Part shown: in pieces, positions 1 through 12,381 of the stretch
How the letters are laid out: every line of letters begins with the position of its first letter
How positions within the stretch are numbered: position 1 is the stretch's first letter
Assembly: GCF_009914755.1 (NCBI RefSeq)
Contig: NC_060928.1
Length of the DNA: 64,000 nucleotides
Strand: one strand, 5' to 3'
Origin: the human T2T-CHM13v2.0 reference genome, Homo sapiens
Translations under genes and position numbers: made by a program
The notes under the pieces: generated by a model
Seen by the model: only the letters and a program-made list of their open reading frames with translations
Database searches by the model: none
Told to the model about the DNA's origin: nothing

Positions 1-960
1 ACTTTTTTAGTTTAATTAAGTTCCATTTGTCTGTTTTTCTTTTTTGTTGTTGTTGTTGTTGCCTATGCTTTTGAGTTCTTAATCATTAATTCTTTGCCTG
101 GACCAATGTCCAGAAGTGTTTTCCTGAGGTTTTTCTTCTAGTATTTTTATAGCTTCAGATCTTATATTTAAGTCTTTAATCCATCTTAAGTTGATTTTTT
201 TTATATGTGGTGAGAGGTAGGGGTCCAGTTTCATTCTTCTGCATATGACAATCCAATTTTTCCAGCACCATTTATTAAAAAGTGTGTCTTTTTCCCAGTA
301 TAAGTTTTTCTCAACTTTGTCAAATATCATTTGGCTATGGTTAAATGGCTTTATTTTGGGGTTTTCTATTATGTTCCTTTGGTATATGTGACTAATTTCA
401 CAACTGTATTATGCTGTTTTGGTAAATACAGCCTTGTAGAATAATTTGAGGTCAGGTAATGTAACACTTCCAGCTTTGTTCTTGTTGCTTAGGATTGTTT
501 TGGCTATTTGAGCTCTTTTTTGGTTTCATATGGATTTTAGGACTGGTTTTCCTAATTCTGTGAAAAATGACACTAGTTTTTTGCTGGGGTTTGCATTGAA
601 TCTGTAGATTGCTTTGGACAGTATGGTCATTTTAACAATATTAATACTTCTGATCCATGAGCATATGATTTTTTCTATTGATTGTGTCATCTACAATTTT
701 TTTCATCAGTGTTTTGTAGTTTTTCTTGTATAAATCTTTCATATTATTGTTTAAATATATTCTATGTATTTCTTTCTTTGCAGCTATTGTACATGGGATT
801 GCCTTTTTGATTTTGTTCTCAGCTTGGTCATTATTAATGTGTAGAAATGTTACTGATTTTTGTACATCGATTTTGTATCATGAATCTCTTCTTAAGTCAT
901 TTATCAAATCAAAAAATTTTTATAAAGTCTTTAGAGTTTTTTAGATACGAAATCATATGA
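1..960 (-). mobile_element. LINE-1 fragment (L1MA/L1PB-age), 3' part of ORF2
   Basis: ORF 79..330(-) IFDK..LFNKWCWKNW..CRRMKLDPYLSP..IKDLN is the L1 ORF2p C-terminal region. It is degraded and runs off the window edge. Confidence 0.92.
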
Positions 961-1539
961 TTAACTGTTCTTAAAAATACTCTTATTTTGATATGTCTGC
1001 ATAAGCACACAAAGAAGGGACCTATTGTATACATAGAGACTGAATTCAACTTTGTCAGGAAATACATAAGACAATCAAATTCCAAGTTGGGGAAGTATTA
1101 TGTGGAATATCTATGAGAGATAAATGGTCCAATTGTATAATATTTTTACATAGATAAATAATTATAGACTACTGTTAGTGTTTAGTAAATGTGTTCTGAA
1201 TTTACACAAAATACTCTCTTAGGCAAAACAATGGAAAAGAGCAGGAATTGCATTCTCCATGCCTAAAGTTTACATGATTCTTTAGGTGTTTTCTTTCTTT
1301 TTTCAATCTCTTTTATAACATATTGCCTAGGACCTGTCCATTGTAAATAATTATTAACTATTGCTTTTAAAGTGACATTGAGGTAAGCATAGGAAAAAGG
1401 GAATTTTAAGTGGGCATTTTGCAGTTTTCATTTTCATAAGCCTATATATTTTTGGAAGTTTCTAGTGTTACTTATTTGAAGATCTACCACCCAGCTCCCT
1501 GCCTCCAGTACCAGTGTCAAAAGAATTGATAGAATATAT

Positions 1540-1700
1540 CCACTAACATTTAGAACATGTTACATATGAGAAATTAAACTAGAGAATTTTAGTCCTTATC
1601 TAATTAAATTCTCACTACAACATAAGGTAGCTATTTTTATCCCAATTTCGCAATGAAGAGTCAATGTTTTGGTTTAAATTAATTACCTAAACCTAAAAAG
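1540..1700 (-). mobile_element. MIR SINE fragment
   Basis: Degenerate match to the antisense MIR core (ctcactacaacataaggtagctatttttatcccaattt). Confidence 0.5.
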
Positions 1701-3439
1701 TCATTGAAATTTTTCTACCATATACACAGGTTCTGATAGGCACCCTACACAGGTATGTGTATGTATTCATAATAAATGTAAGAGTGCTCTACTATAGATT
1801 TTACATAGCAATTATTCAATGTTCTTAGAAATTTGATTCTAATAGATGATTAGCAAAGGCCAATTTAACTACGATTTCTTTTTTTTTAATAATTTATCTC
1901 ACTTGTAATATTCTGGCCACTAGAATGTCAGTATTTTAGAGAAATCAATCCTATTAAGTATTTTTGGTGTAAACAAGCAACATATAACATATTTAACATT
2001 GACTTTATATTACTTTTAATTTAGAAGTAAAAACTTGTTCTCCAAATAGAATGTTGTGTTTCTTATATGAAATTTTGTATTTGTGTAACTTGCTGAAACG
2101 TTAATATGGAAATGATGATGTTAAACAATACTTTTGATAACTCTCTAAGTGTAGTAGGAATCACGATTTCTGAAAAAGAAAATTAGTTATGTTGGTAAGA
2201 TTATTGCATAATTTCCCACAGGATCTCTATATCAGAGTTCTTTTTATTATCACTTAGAACAAGTTGTCTACGTTCATTTTAAATTTAAAGTAATGCCAAA
2301 TACAACATCATAAGGCAGCTCACAGAACAAGCAAAGACATCTGTTAATGGTACCATGAATAGTTATGAACTGTGTTACTGAAAAGCCTTTGCTAGCAAAA
2401 TATTGCTTCCTAATTTATTTTACAGCAATGAAAGCCTCATTTTTCATAGTTTTGAAGTTGCATTCAAATATTCCAATAATTTCGATGCAATCACTTCTAT
2501 ACAGCAAATTTTATTACAGAATATAAGATGGAATTGCTAATGTTCTCTTGATTGATAGCTTCTCCATCACCAGTTTTTTTCTTACCCTTTTCTTGCTATT
2601 TTAATGTTCAAATAATATTTATGTATTTTTAATGCAATTTAGAAAGTCTTATGTGCAAATTTAATATGAATATCAAATACATAAAATTGAAACATTATAA
2701 ATGTTCTCTTGTTGAGCTCTGGGGCTGTCACTTTTTTCCATATTTTTAGTAGCTGAAATAATTTTATACAAGAAAACTGAAACTTTATGAAAATATTCTT
2801 ACACTTAATATTTACTTTAAAAATATATAAATAAGAGATAAATAAAAATGGCAATTTCCCTTATAGAACAGAATAATAAAAATATGTTACAATGTGTGCA
2901 ACTTTACCTTTTTCAAATAGATTATTTACCACTTCCAATCACATGTTAGGGGTAGAGATTATGTTGACATATATGAATTTATTTTTATTCCTGAATCAGA
3001 AAGCGTAAAATAGAATAATTTAACCCCAAATATGTAACTCATGACTTCCTAGTCAAATATTAGTGTTTACCTAAATATTGTATTTTGAGATTCAGTAAAG
3101 TTTTGTAGAACAAATTATTGTTATTTCATCTATAAAATTGTAACGATAACAATATTATTTCACAGCACATTTAGGTATATGTGTAAATGAGTTTATTTCA
3201 TTTCAAAATGCTCCTAGATATAAACAGTTAAGGTTTCATTAAAATTAAATAGAAAAGAAGCAGCAGCATTACAAGAGTGTTTCATGATAATAAGACCATG
3301 ATAGAAATTATAAGTAATGATATGTTTTGTAATGTAAGAAATAACATGGCATGTTAGGAAAAAGAGGATGTAGGTTAAATGTGCAAGTCAGACAATGACA
3401 TCGGCATCATCATCATCATCATATTGATGTTGTTGTTGC

Positions 3440-3660
3440 AAATCTAATATTATAATTTATACTTCAATAATATAACATGCCAAAAATATTTTTCAGGGCT
3501 TTAGATACAGTTATATGTCTGATTACAGAATAACTGTCAGGAAAATGCCATTGTTATCTATTGTTTACACAAGATGAAAAATATTGTGAAATCATACAAC
3601 TGATATATGATGACACCAGGATTTGAACCCAACTTGACAGTTACATGAGGCTATCATTTT
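3440..3660 (-). mobile_element. MIR SINE fragment
   Basis: Contains tttacacaagatgaaaaa...ccaggatttgaaccc, antisense MIR motifs. Confidence 0.55.
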
Positions 3661-3781
3661 AATTGTTAAATATAAAGAGTTAAGTATAATAGTTTTTAAA
3701 ACTTGATTCTTTTACAAGCAGACCACAAGTGGAAAGGAAAGGCTGTACATACGAAGCTGGAAAACGACTTCTTAACTAACC

Positions 3782-5672
3782 AGCTGATACCATGATACAT
3801 CTTCAGGTAGTCATCTCAAGCTACATACGGCTCTTGACAGATGCTGTAGCTTCTTATCTACAAGAAAGTGGAGTGATGAGTGAGCCTGCCATGCCATGCT
3901 GTCTCTACTCAGTGGCTAATGAAACTGTCATGACCACATATTGGGAGCAAGTAACATGTTTTGTATTTCAGTTTCAAGATTTAATTGTATGGACAAATGG
4001 ATAGTATGTCAACTTCCACAAACATTGGTTCTTTAAGGTGAGGGGGTTCCTCTTGAAAGGTAATGTATTTTTGACTATGGAGAATGCAGTCAAAACTGAC
4101 AGTGGCCTCTATTTTTGCATCATTGAGCACAAGCAGTGATTGAATGACATAAAAAGCACCCTATAATTGGATATTAAACCAGCTGGGATACCAGTGTTCT
4201 AACATCACCTGGGCTCTCTACCTCTGGTCAAATGTACCTTAGAGTCACAAGCCAGTAGTTACTTCGTTAATACAGCCAGCTAAACCCACCTGAAGACAGT
4301 GTAGAAAAGAAAAGGACACAACCCACCATCTCCCTACTGCACTCTTACCCAACAGATGGAAATGGAACTATGACAGTCTTCAAATGTCCCTTGGAATAGT
4401 AATCAAACTCAAGTGTCCTTGACTCAAAACATTTGTAGATGATCACCACTGAGAACTTTTATGTTGAAGTCAGTAAATCCGCTGTGGTGCTGCTCATTTT
4501 TTTGGTTGTCATGACTACCAAAAAGTATGTATACACCAGACAACCTCTAGCAACTAAATATAGTTTCACTGACTAGTCCTTAAATTGGAGCTTTACAAAG
4601 TGCAGCTGAAGGGCATGTCTCCGCAGAAGACAATACCTACATTAGAGGAGAAGCTTTACTTCATAGATTAAGATCCCATGGCACTCTAGGGCATTACTTC
4701 CACTACTTCAGGGATCATGTATTAATAGGTCGGACCCCTTTTGAGCTCCAGGGCAATTTTCTGTGTCACTTTTATCTGATATTCCAACCTGTCAGTGACA
4801 TTTGGGTAGAGTGACTCTCTAGCTCAAATCTTGTACAGCCAACTTTGTTGTAATATAGTCCTAACACTTTATTCCAAAACTGTCTCAATCTTTCTGAATA
4901 TTGCAGAGCTCTCCCCCAAACATGAACATTACACAATTGTACATTCTCTTTAGATCCCATGAATATTGTATCCAAAAAGAAAATATTCAATAAGGAGCCA
5001 GGAAATGAACTCTTATACTCACGACCAACGCTGTGAAAGAGAGATGAATAGCTCGTAAAATCAGCAAATCTGATTTCATGATTACCTTTTTACTTGTTTT
5101 ATATCTTGTGTATTAGAGAGATATATTATGAGTAATATTAAGAGTAATTGGTTCACAAAGTTATGGAAGATGAGAGGTCTTACAATCTGCCATCTGCAAA
5201 CAGGAAACCCAAAAAAAACCTGTGACGTAATTCAGTCCAAGTCTGAAAACTTAAAAACCAGGAATGCCAATGTAAATTGCCGTCCAAGGGCAGAAGAAGA
5301 TGAGATGAGATGACCCAGTACAAGCAGTGAGGTAGAAAAAAATGGATAAATTCTTCTTTTTCTCTGCCTTTGATTCTATTCAGGTCCTCAGTGAATTTGA
5401 TAAAGCACATCCACAAATAGGAAAGGCATCTGCTTTACTTAGTTCACCAGTGCAAATAATACAAATAATAATCTCATCCGGAAACACCTTCGCATACACC
5501 TCCAGAAGTAATATCTAATTTGGGAAACTCTTGTCCCAGTCAAGTTGACACGTAAAATTAACCATCATATCCTGTAACTTAAAGTTATAATTTTTTAGAA
5601 TTCTCCAATCATAGGCGTGCACAGGATTTTATATCCCCTTTGGGAAAATGGAAGTGAGTCTAATTTATCTTT
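3782..5672 (+). pseudogene. HAVCR1: Processed pseudogene of HAVCR1 (TIM-1/KIM-1): CDS homology ~3795-4671 plus 3' UTR, the UTR interrupted by an MLT2 LTR. Symbol given is the parent gene.
   Basis: The frame from 3792 gives signal peptide HLQVVISSYIRLLTDAVAS and IgV ..IVWTNG*YV..GNVFLTMENAVKTDSGLYFCIIEHKQ*LNDIKSTL*LDIKPA (TIM-1: IVWTNGTHV..DVSLTIENTAVSDSGVYCCRVEHRGWFNDMKITVSLEI). Then come stalk SYPTDGNG..WNSNQTQ, TM VVLLIFLVVMTTKKY and tail ALQSAAE..AEDNTYI (TIM-1 AEDNIYI). All domains are contiguous with no introns. Stops at 4002, 4137 and 4164, with frameshifts downstream. Confidence 0.93.
5109..5569 (-). mobile_element. MLT2B-like solo LTR (ERVL)
   Basis: Ends caagttgacacgtaaaattaaccatca (reverse complement of the MLT2 5' end) and begins tgtattag. 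5-bp TSD tcttg (5104-5108) / tcctg (5570-5574). Confidence 0.88.
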
Positions 5673-7215
5673 ATAGGTGGATCTGGTTTCTCATGGTTCT
5701 AGAAATATAAATATAAAGTGTTTTCCCTGGAAAGAGGACAGATATCTTGGAAGTTAGAAAAAAAAAAAACTAGAAAACCACATTTGCCATGTGTAATTTC
5801 TGGTGCCATATCTCGTCTGCAGGGTTATGAGTATGGACCAAGTTGACACCAGGGGAAGAAAATAATTGCCATATGACTCAACACATCTATGCTATGCCTT
5901 TTATGTCTGTGCTAGGTACATATGTAGACAACTGGCAGGCTCTCTGAACTAATTTTTAGAATGAGGCATGGCAGAAATTAGAAGAAAAAAGAAAGAGAGT
6001 AAGGAAAAAGGCTCTTTGCCCTAGAAAAGTTATTTTGCAAATACAGTCCTGTTGTTTGAGAGTGTCAATAATTTTGACCAAAATTATAAATTTTAAAGTG
6101 TTCTCAAGCTACTTTGATATTTAAAATAGTTTTTTAAAAAATGGTCTCTTTCCTGTCCAATCAATTTTAATATTATTCCTTTCTTACAAATCAATTATTA
6201 TTATTTTTTGCTTTTCCATGGGAATTAAACAAAAGTTTAGAGTAAGCATATCTTTACGCTTGGTCAGAAGCATGGTCAGCTTATTTTCACATAAATTTCC
6301 AAGTGATAGAGGTATATTTCTACACGAACATTTAACAAGCCTTTCGAATTAATTTTGATTTCAATTTGAATACACTCATATAATTCATGCTTTGTGTTCA
6401 GAATTACGCACACCATAGTGGTCTAGCAAGGGAGGATGCTTGCTGTCTAAGGCAACATTTTTGAGGCCATTCTGCAGAGTCCTAGGAAATTAGTAGGTCC
6501 TCTTAATAAACGTCTGTGGGCAAGGAAATTTGAGAAACATGTATACCAGGTTTCTCAAATTGTACCAATCTTATCTGGTCTAACTATATTTTTTATTTAC
6601 ACTTCATTGATTATTTTTCTTCTTTTAAATTCAAGCCAACATTAATAAACCTGGAGATTTGAAATTATAGCCCAAATGTGTATCTTCTCTGGAAAGATCT
6701 GGCTACATTTGTTGGCATTTGTGTTTGATCATGGCTCTACTACATTAGGTCACACCCTCTAGTGCCAGCCTCCTGGCCTTCTCTGCATGCTTACTTTTGT
6801 TATCTGCCTAGTTTCAGTAAGGCTTTGATTTAATGTTGCCTGCTTCATATCCATCCCAAAGAGTTGTAATACACATTAAAGGTCTTGGCTATTTGATTTA
6901 CTTTGTTTAATCCAGCATTTACGAAACAGTTTTTAGCATGTGACACAATGACTATTGGCATACCCACTAGAATTCTGTGAAACAGAACATAAGGGAGCAT
7001 AGCGTCAACTGGATGGCACACAGAGTTAGCAGTAGGACCTTGAGTTCTATATGTAGACTGACAGTTGACTTTCTAGCAACATATCTAGCGTTGGTAATTC
7101 AGTAAATAATTTCAATGGTGTTGCATTCGTTAATCTCCTGCTATGTAGTATCTTTTATTTTTTAATAACGTTTATTTTTTTCAAAAAAGTTGATACTGAA
7201 TACATTGCCTATCAA

Positions 7216-7378
7216 TTTATTTATTTTTTTAAGAGTCAGAGTCTCACTCTGTCACCCAGGCTGGTGTGCAGTGGTGTTATCATGATTCACTGCAGCCTCC
7301 AAATCCTTGGTTCAAGCGATTCTCCTGCCTCACCTTCCTCAGCAGCTAGGACCACAGGTGTGAACCACCATATCCAGA
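7216..7378 (-). mobile_element. Alu monomer (FRAM/AluJ right arm)
   Basis: T-rich tail then agagtctcactctgtcacccaggctgg...cactgcagcctcc; single arm only. Confidence 0.85.
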
Positions 7379-8204
7379 TTATCATCTTATAATGTAGAAA
7401 AAAATTGTTAATACTTGAGAGGTAGAATGGGTTAGTGGGAAAAAAGATGTATTTAGTTAACATAAAATCTTCTTCTGCAAATATACTAAGGTCTTAGAAT
7501 ATACTGAATTTTGTTTTGTTTATGATGCTTTGATACAGAATTGATATCCCACTTTCTACAGTCTATCTTCAGACATTAATAAGAGAGTGGTGAAATTAGA
7601 ATCGTGTATTTAAACACTAAAAAACAACTTTGAGAAGTAGCAGAACCAGTCTTTCACTGATGACTGTAAATATTGTTGGAAAAATTTTGTAAATACAAGA
7701 AAGTCTGAAGGACTCTTAGTGTCTGTGTAGCTTTATTTGTATGTATAGTCATTAATAATATTTTTTCATTTAATAAAATTGATTCTTTTTATGCTTTCTG
7801 CATTTTCATATTCACAGTTCTAAACTCTTATTTTTTGTTTTCTTCAACATTTCTAACTTTTCAGAGAAGTATTTTGTCTAAATTATGTATAAAAAGTAAC
7901 TGGCATTATGAAAACAACAGATATTAAGCATTGTAAAAATGTATGTTTATTCAATGAGTTGAGTGGATTGCAATTCAGTCATGATTGAGGATGATAGAAA
8001 TAATTTTCCCTTTACCTATATGATATTTCAATATGTATGTACTAGAAACAGCTTGAAATTAATATTATGATTTTTTTACAACAAAAGTTTACCTGACTTA
8101 AGTATGATCAGTTTTAAATAACTGTATTGTTCAGATGAGAATATTAACCACTTCAAATGACTGATTGTACTTAATAGTACTTATTGGAAGCAACAATAAA
8201 TGTA

Positions 8205-8247
8205 TACGTACATATACACACACACACACATACACATACCCACACAC
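8205..8247. repeat. (CA)/(TA) imperfect microsatellite
   Basis: Direct reading. Confidence 0.85.
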
Positions 8248-11064
8248 TAGCCTGTGTAATATGCATATAGACACTAGCTTGAGAGCAAAATTATCAGATA
8301 CCTTTACACAAACAAGGATTATTTTATTAATACTTTCCCTAAAAATAGATAATATTTTCAAACCAAAAAATGTGTTTTTTTTTCTACTATACGTAAAAAA
8401 TAATGTTTGCAGTTCACCCTAACTGATATCTAGGGAAAGCTTTTACACTTAGGCATTAAAGTTTCAAAAGTCCAAAAGCAAATGCTGACAACAGCTCTGG
8501 AAATAGAGCATAGGTCAAAGTCTGAGATCTGTTGCACTGAAATAGCTCTTAAAAGCATCCTCAGTGATCTACATGTTTCTAAAGCCAATATACACTTCAT
8601 AGTTTTTTCATTCATCATGGTAGACTAAGCTCTGCTTTTGAATAATCCCTTTACTTAGAAAATACAGAATAATTATCAGCTGCTGTAAAAACAAAATTTT
8701 ATTAACATATTCTTCTGAAAACGTAAAAATCCTCAGAAATCATGCAGTCTCAATTTAGTTTAAACATGCTAATAATGTCATAATCTTTAGCTTGCTGTTG
8801 AATTTTTTTTACAGTTCTGCTGATAATTTCTGAAAGCAAATCCTCTAAAATAGAACATACTTAAAATGAATTAGGTAGAGTATTAAAATAGTTCTGTAAT
8901 TACTATGAAACTTATTTCAGTGTTTCATTTATGGAGTAGCTTGAAATGCTCGTTTAGTCAATTATGTATATATATTTTTAAACATGTTTTAAAAAGCCAT
9001 TCCAACCTTGTTGAAATGTTTTAGAAGTGCACACACTCATACTACATCAAGTAAAATAGAATTAAGGATTTTCCTTACAATGTACATTTCATTTTGTCCA
9101 GCCTAAGACAGATCTTAAGCACACATGTTAGTATCTTAAAGAAACATCAAAGAATAACTATACCCAGGGGAGAGGATAGTCTTACTACATCTGTCTTACT
9201 GAAAATGCTGACCCAGGACACATGACTTCTTTTTCAAAGATAAGAATGCTAAAATACTCAAACTCTGATAAATCTGTTTCTTGGCTTGCTATTAGAATGT
9301 GGTCAGTTCAACAGTATTTAGTAACAAGATGTAGAACATATGATCTTTCAATGTTTTGCCTTTCTGAATATTTTATTATATAGAAAAATTTGAATTATCT
9401 GATATGACTGAAGACACAATTAAGTTAATATACCGATTGGTTTAGCAATATTATTGGCAATAATTTCTCTTTATCTTTCTATTCTTTCGTATTCCTGAAA
9501 TGTAGTGTAGAATTTCCAAAATATAAAGAATCAAAATAGCACTATGAATAAATAATCTTGCTTCTTTTGTACATATATATTCACTGTAACAAGTCTGATA
9601 AGTTCTATTCTTAATATAAGATAGAACTCATGTATGTGATATAAATTCAAGTAATTTGTAATTATATTGCAATTTAAATTAAATAACTTCACAATACGCA
9701 CTAACAAAATATTTTATCCAATAAGGAATATTATAATAAAGTCTAAATTAGCAAATTGAAAACTGTTTAAAATTAAATATTAAAATCATATATTTTAAGT
9801 TTTAAAATGTAACAGAATGTGGAATAAGAAAGAAGTATCTGGAAAGGTTGATTATTCAAATTGAAAGTAGCTGATGACTTTTTTGCGGGGGGCACAGGAC
9901 ACTTAAACTCACACTTGACTAGACTTGAGGATGCTTTCTGCTTTTATTTTTAATGATAAAAATAGAAAAAAAGGAAAGACATTCAGATATATTAACATTG
10001 TGATTTGACACTTTTCTTTCTATTTCTTGAAATTTGTTCATTCTTCATCACTTAACTTCTATCTTTTCATCTCCCGTACCCAGTGCCTGTGAAAGTCCTT
10101 GAAATGTCAACTTCTTATAGTTATCACAGTGGTTATGTTCATGTAGTTATAGAAATAGCCCTGTTAGAGGGTAGGAAGCTTGCCGACTTCTGAAATTAGG
10201 CCAAAATCACACTTTCTTGAGGGAGTTTTTACTTTGATAATAATTGAATCATAATCACACCTCCCCAAAACACTAAGCACAGTGTTTTATATGCTTATGT
10301 ATAGTAAAATTCTGAGGTTTTAAAGAAGCTATGGTTTGGGATTTGGGTTTACCCATAGTGTTTGTTGCAGATTTTTCTAGGAAACAGCCATCATTCTGCC
10401 ATCGAATGTTTGTACTATTGTACACATAGGCTTGTTAGTAACATAAATAAAGCTGCTTATTCTAATGGTGTTCAATTTAACATATCCTCCTATTCCTGGA
10501 CAAAAATTTAAGCTTCTCTAACCTCTGTAAAATCTCTATTCTGTTTCTCAGTAAGGCCTGAGTTATTAGAATTTTTTTCCTCTTTACAACAGATACTACT
10601 TCAGCAGGGGAAAAGGGAAAAGAGGGGAATTAGTTTGTTCTTGCTATTTAATAACCTGGGGAAATTCAAATGAAGAAGAACAAACATTAGACTAACTAAA
10701 CACCTAATATATGATTGTGTCCTTTCTGGTCTCCTGAAGTCAAACATATTGTAAGTATTGGATAAAGCTAAATAAATTTAGATCTCAGCAATTGATTAGT
10801 CAGAAGAGCATGACATTAACTAAACTTAATGAAAGAGAAACCTTCTCCTAATTAATTGTACATTCATAGATTACAGGCCATGAACAGCTGGAACAAATGT
10901 ACCTGTATCCTAACAACTTGAAAGCAAAAAATCTTTCATTTTCCTTTATATATTTTATTTTGTTAGTATTATTATTACTAGATACCATTAAGGTTATACT
11001 TTATCTAGAAGACAATTGTGATACAAATCAAGATTACTGTAGATTTTAAATTCTGAGACTACTG

Positions 11065-11285
11065 ATTTTATTTTATCAAGGTATAATTTACATACCATAA
11101 GTCACTCTTTTAAAGTTGTTAGCAGACTCTCAAAGTTATACAATCATTACTACTACCTAATATAGAAATTTTTCATCACCCCAAAGAGAAATTCTGTTCC
11201 CATAAGCAATCACTCTACCATCTTCCCATCCCCCAGTTTCTAGAAGCTATTACTTTCTATCTACTGAAGTTTCCTGGAAAATTTT
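11065..11285 (-). mobile_element. L1MB-type 3' end fragment
   Basis: gtataatttacataccataa...tttttcatcaccccaaagagaa...agcaatcactc is typical antisense L1MB 3' UTR. Confidence 0.75.
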
Positions 11286-11739
11286 TGGATATTTGTGATT
11301 AGGTTTTGGTCTGTAGATTACAGGCTGAAGAAGTGGTCATATTTCCTTTTGTTTATCAATTTATAATTTACTCAACAGTGTTCTTATAGCTATATGACTC
11401 ACTGTAACATTGAAAAATTGGGGTCCCATAGATATTTAAGATTGGATTCATCTGGATTTATAGGATTTAAAATATTTTAGCGATGGAGCTACTAAATACT
11501 TCATTTAAAAAATGAAGTAAATATGATTAGATTCTAACCTTTTCATTCCAGTTCCATGGAGAAGAACATATGTGCTCTGATTTGACCAGAGAGCTCAGGA
11601 AGGTACAACAGGGAATCTATGGGTTGTGCTGACTGAACATAATTATATTTTAACAGCACAGGACAGCCATATGCTGAGAGAACAACCAAACACATGCAGT
11701 GCAGGTTTTGATCTGGCTAAAAAGAGCTAAGAGTTATAA

Positions 11740-12381
11740 TGAGAGAGGAGAAAGTAAGAAACTGGTCAGTCAGGCAGACAGTTAGGGTGGGTTGTTGGTG
11801 AAACTCCTTCAAATCAAGAACAGCCTGCAAATCAAACTGCAGGCCCTACATAAGAAAGAGCCCGCATCCTTAAATGGAAATGCTTACTCTATGAACCCAG
11901 ATGAACAAATTCCACTCCTTTTTAGGATACATTTCTGTCTCCTTAGCACACCCTAGTCTCTTACTTTTTATCTATTTTACATATGCCTACCTTTCTGTAA
12001 TTGGTTGCGGGCTGTCTTCATTTACATAGGGTGAATCATCACTTCAGCCCCTCATTGGTCCTGGGCCAAGTTCCCAAGCCAAGCCTTCAGCTCCAACTCC
12101 AACTGGTTCTTTACACTTTCATGCTCTTTCTAAGTGGTAATTTCTCCAATTTGGCCTACAGACCAGTCAGCACATTCCTCCCCTTCCAGTCCATAAAAAA
12201 CCCCAGACTCAGCCTCATAGCTGGCAACCCTGTTTTGGGCCCCCACTCTGCTACAGAGAGCCTTCCGCTTTTACTTATTAAACTTTCACTCCAACCTCAC
12301 CCTTGGTGTCCATGCTCCTTAATTTTCTCAGTCTTGATACAAAGAACTCCATGTAATACCTCAGACAACAAGACTGCATCA
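11740..12381 (+). mobile_element. Solo ERV1 LTR, MER4 group (MER50-like, subfamily tentative)
   Basis: TG...CA ends, CCAAT-like boxes, TATA-like cataaaaa (~12192) and poly(A) signal attaaa (~12277). 4-bp TSD ataa/acaa. Confidence 0.8.

Noticed and set aside
5758-5769. A12 run as the HAVCR1 retrocopy poly(A) tail
   Set aside because: About 85 nt past the apparent mRNA end, and no matching TSD near 3700-3780; left unassigned.
6527-6561. 12-bp stem hairpin aatttgagaaac...gtttctcaaatt
   Set aside because: Resembles abutting MER5/hAT-Charlie terminal repeats; too short and AT-rich to call an RNA structure.
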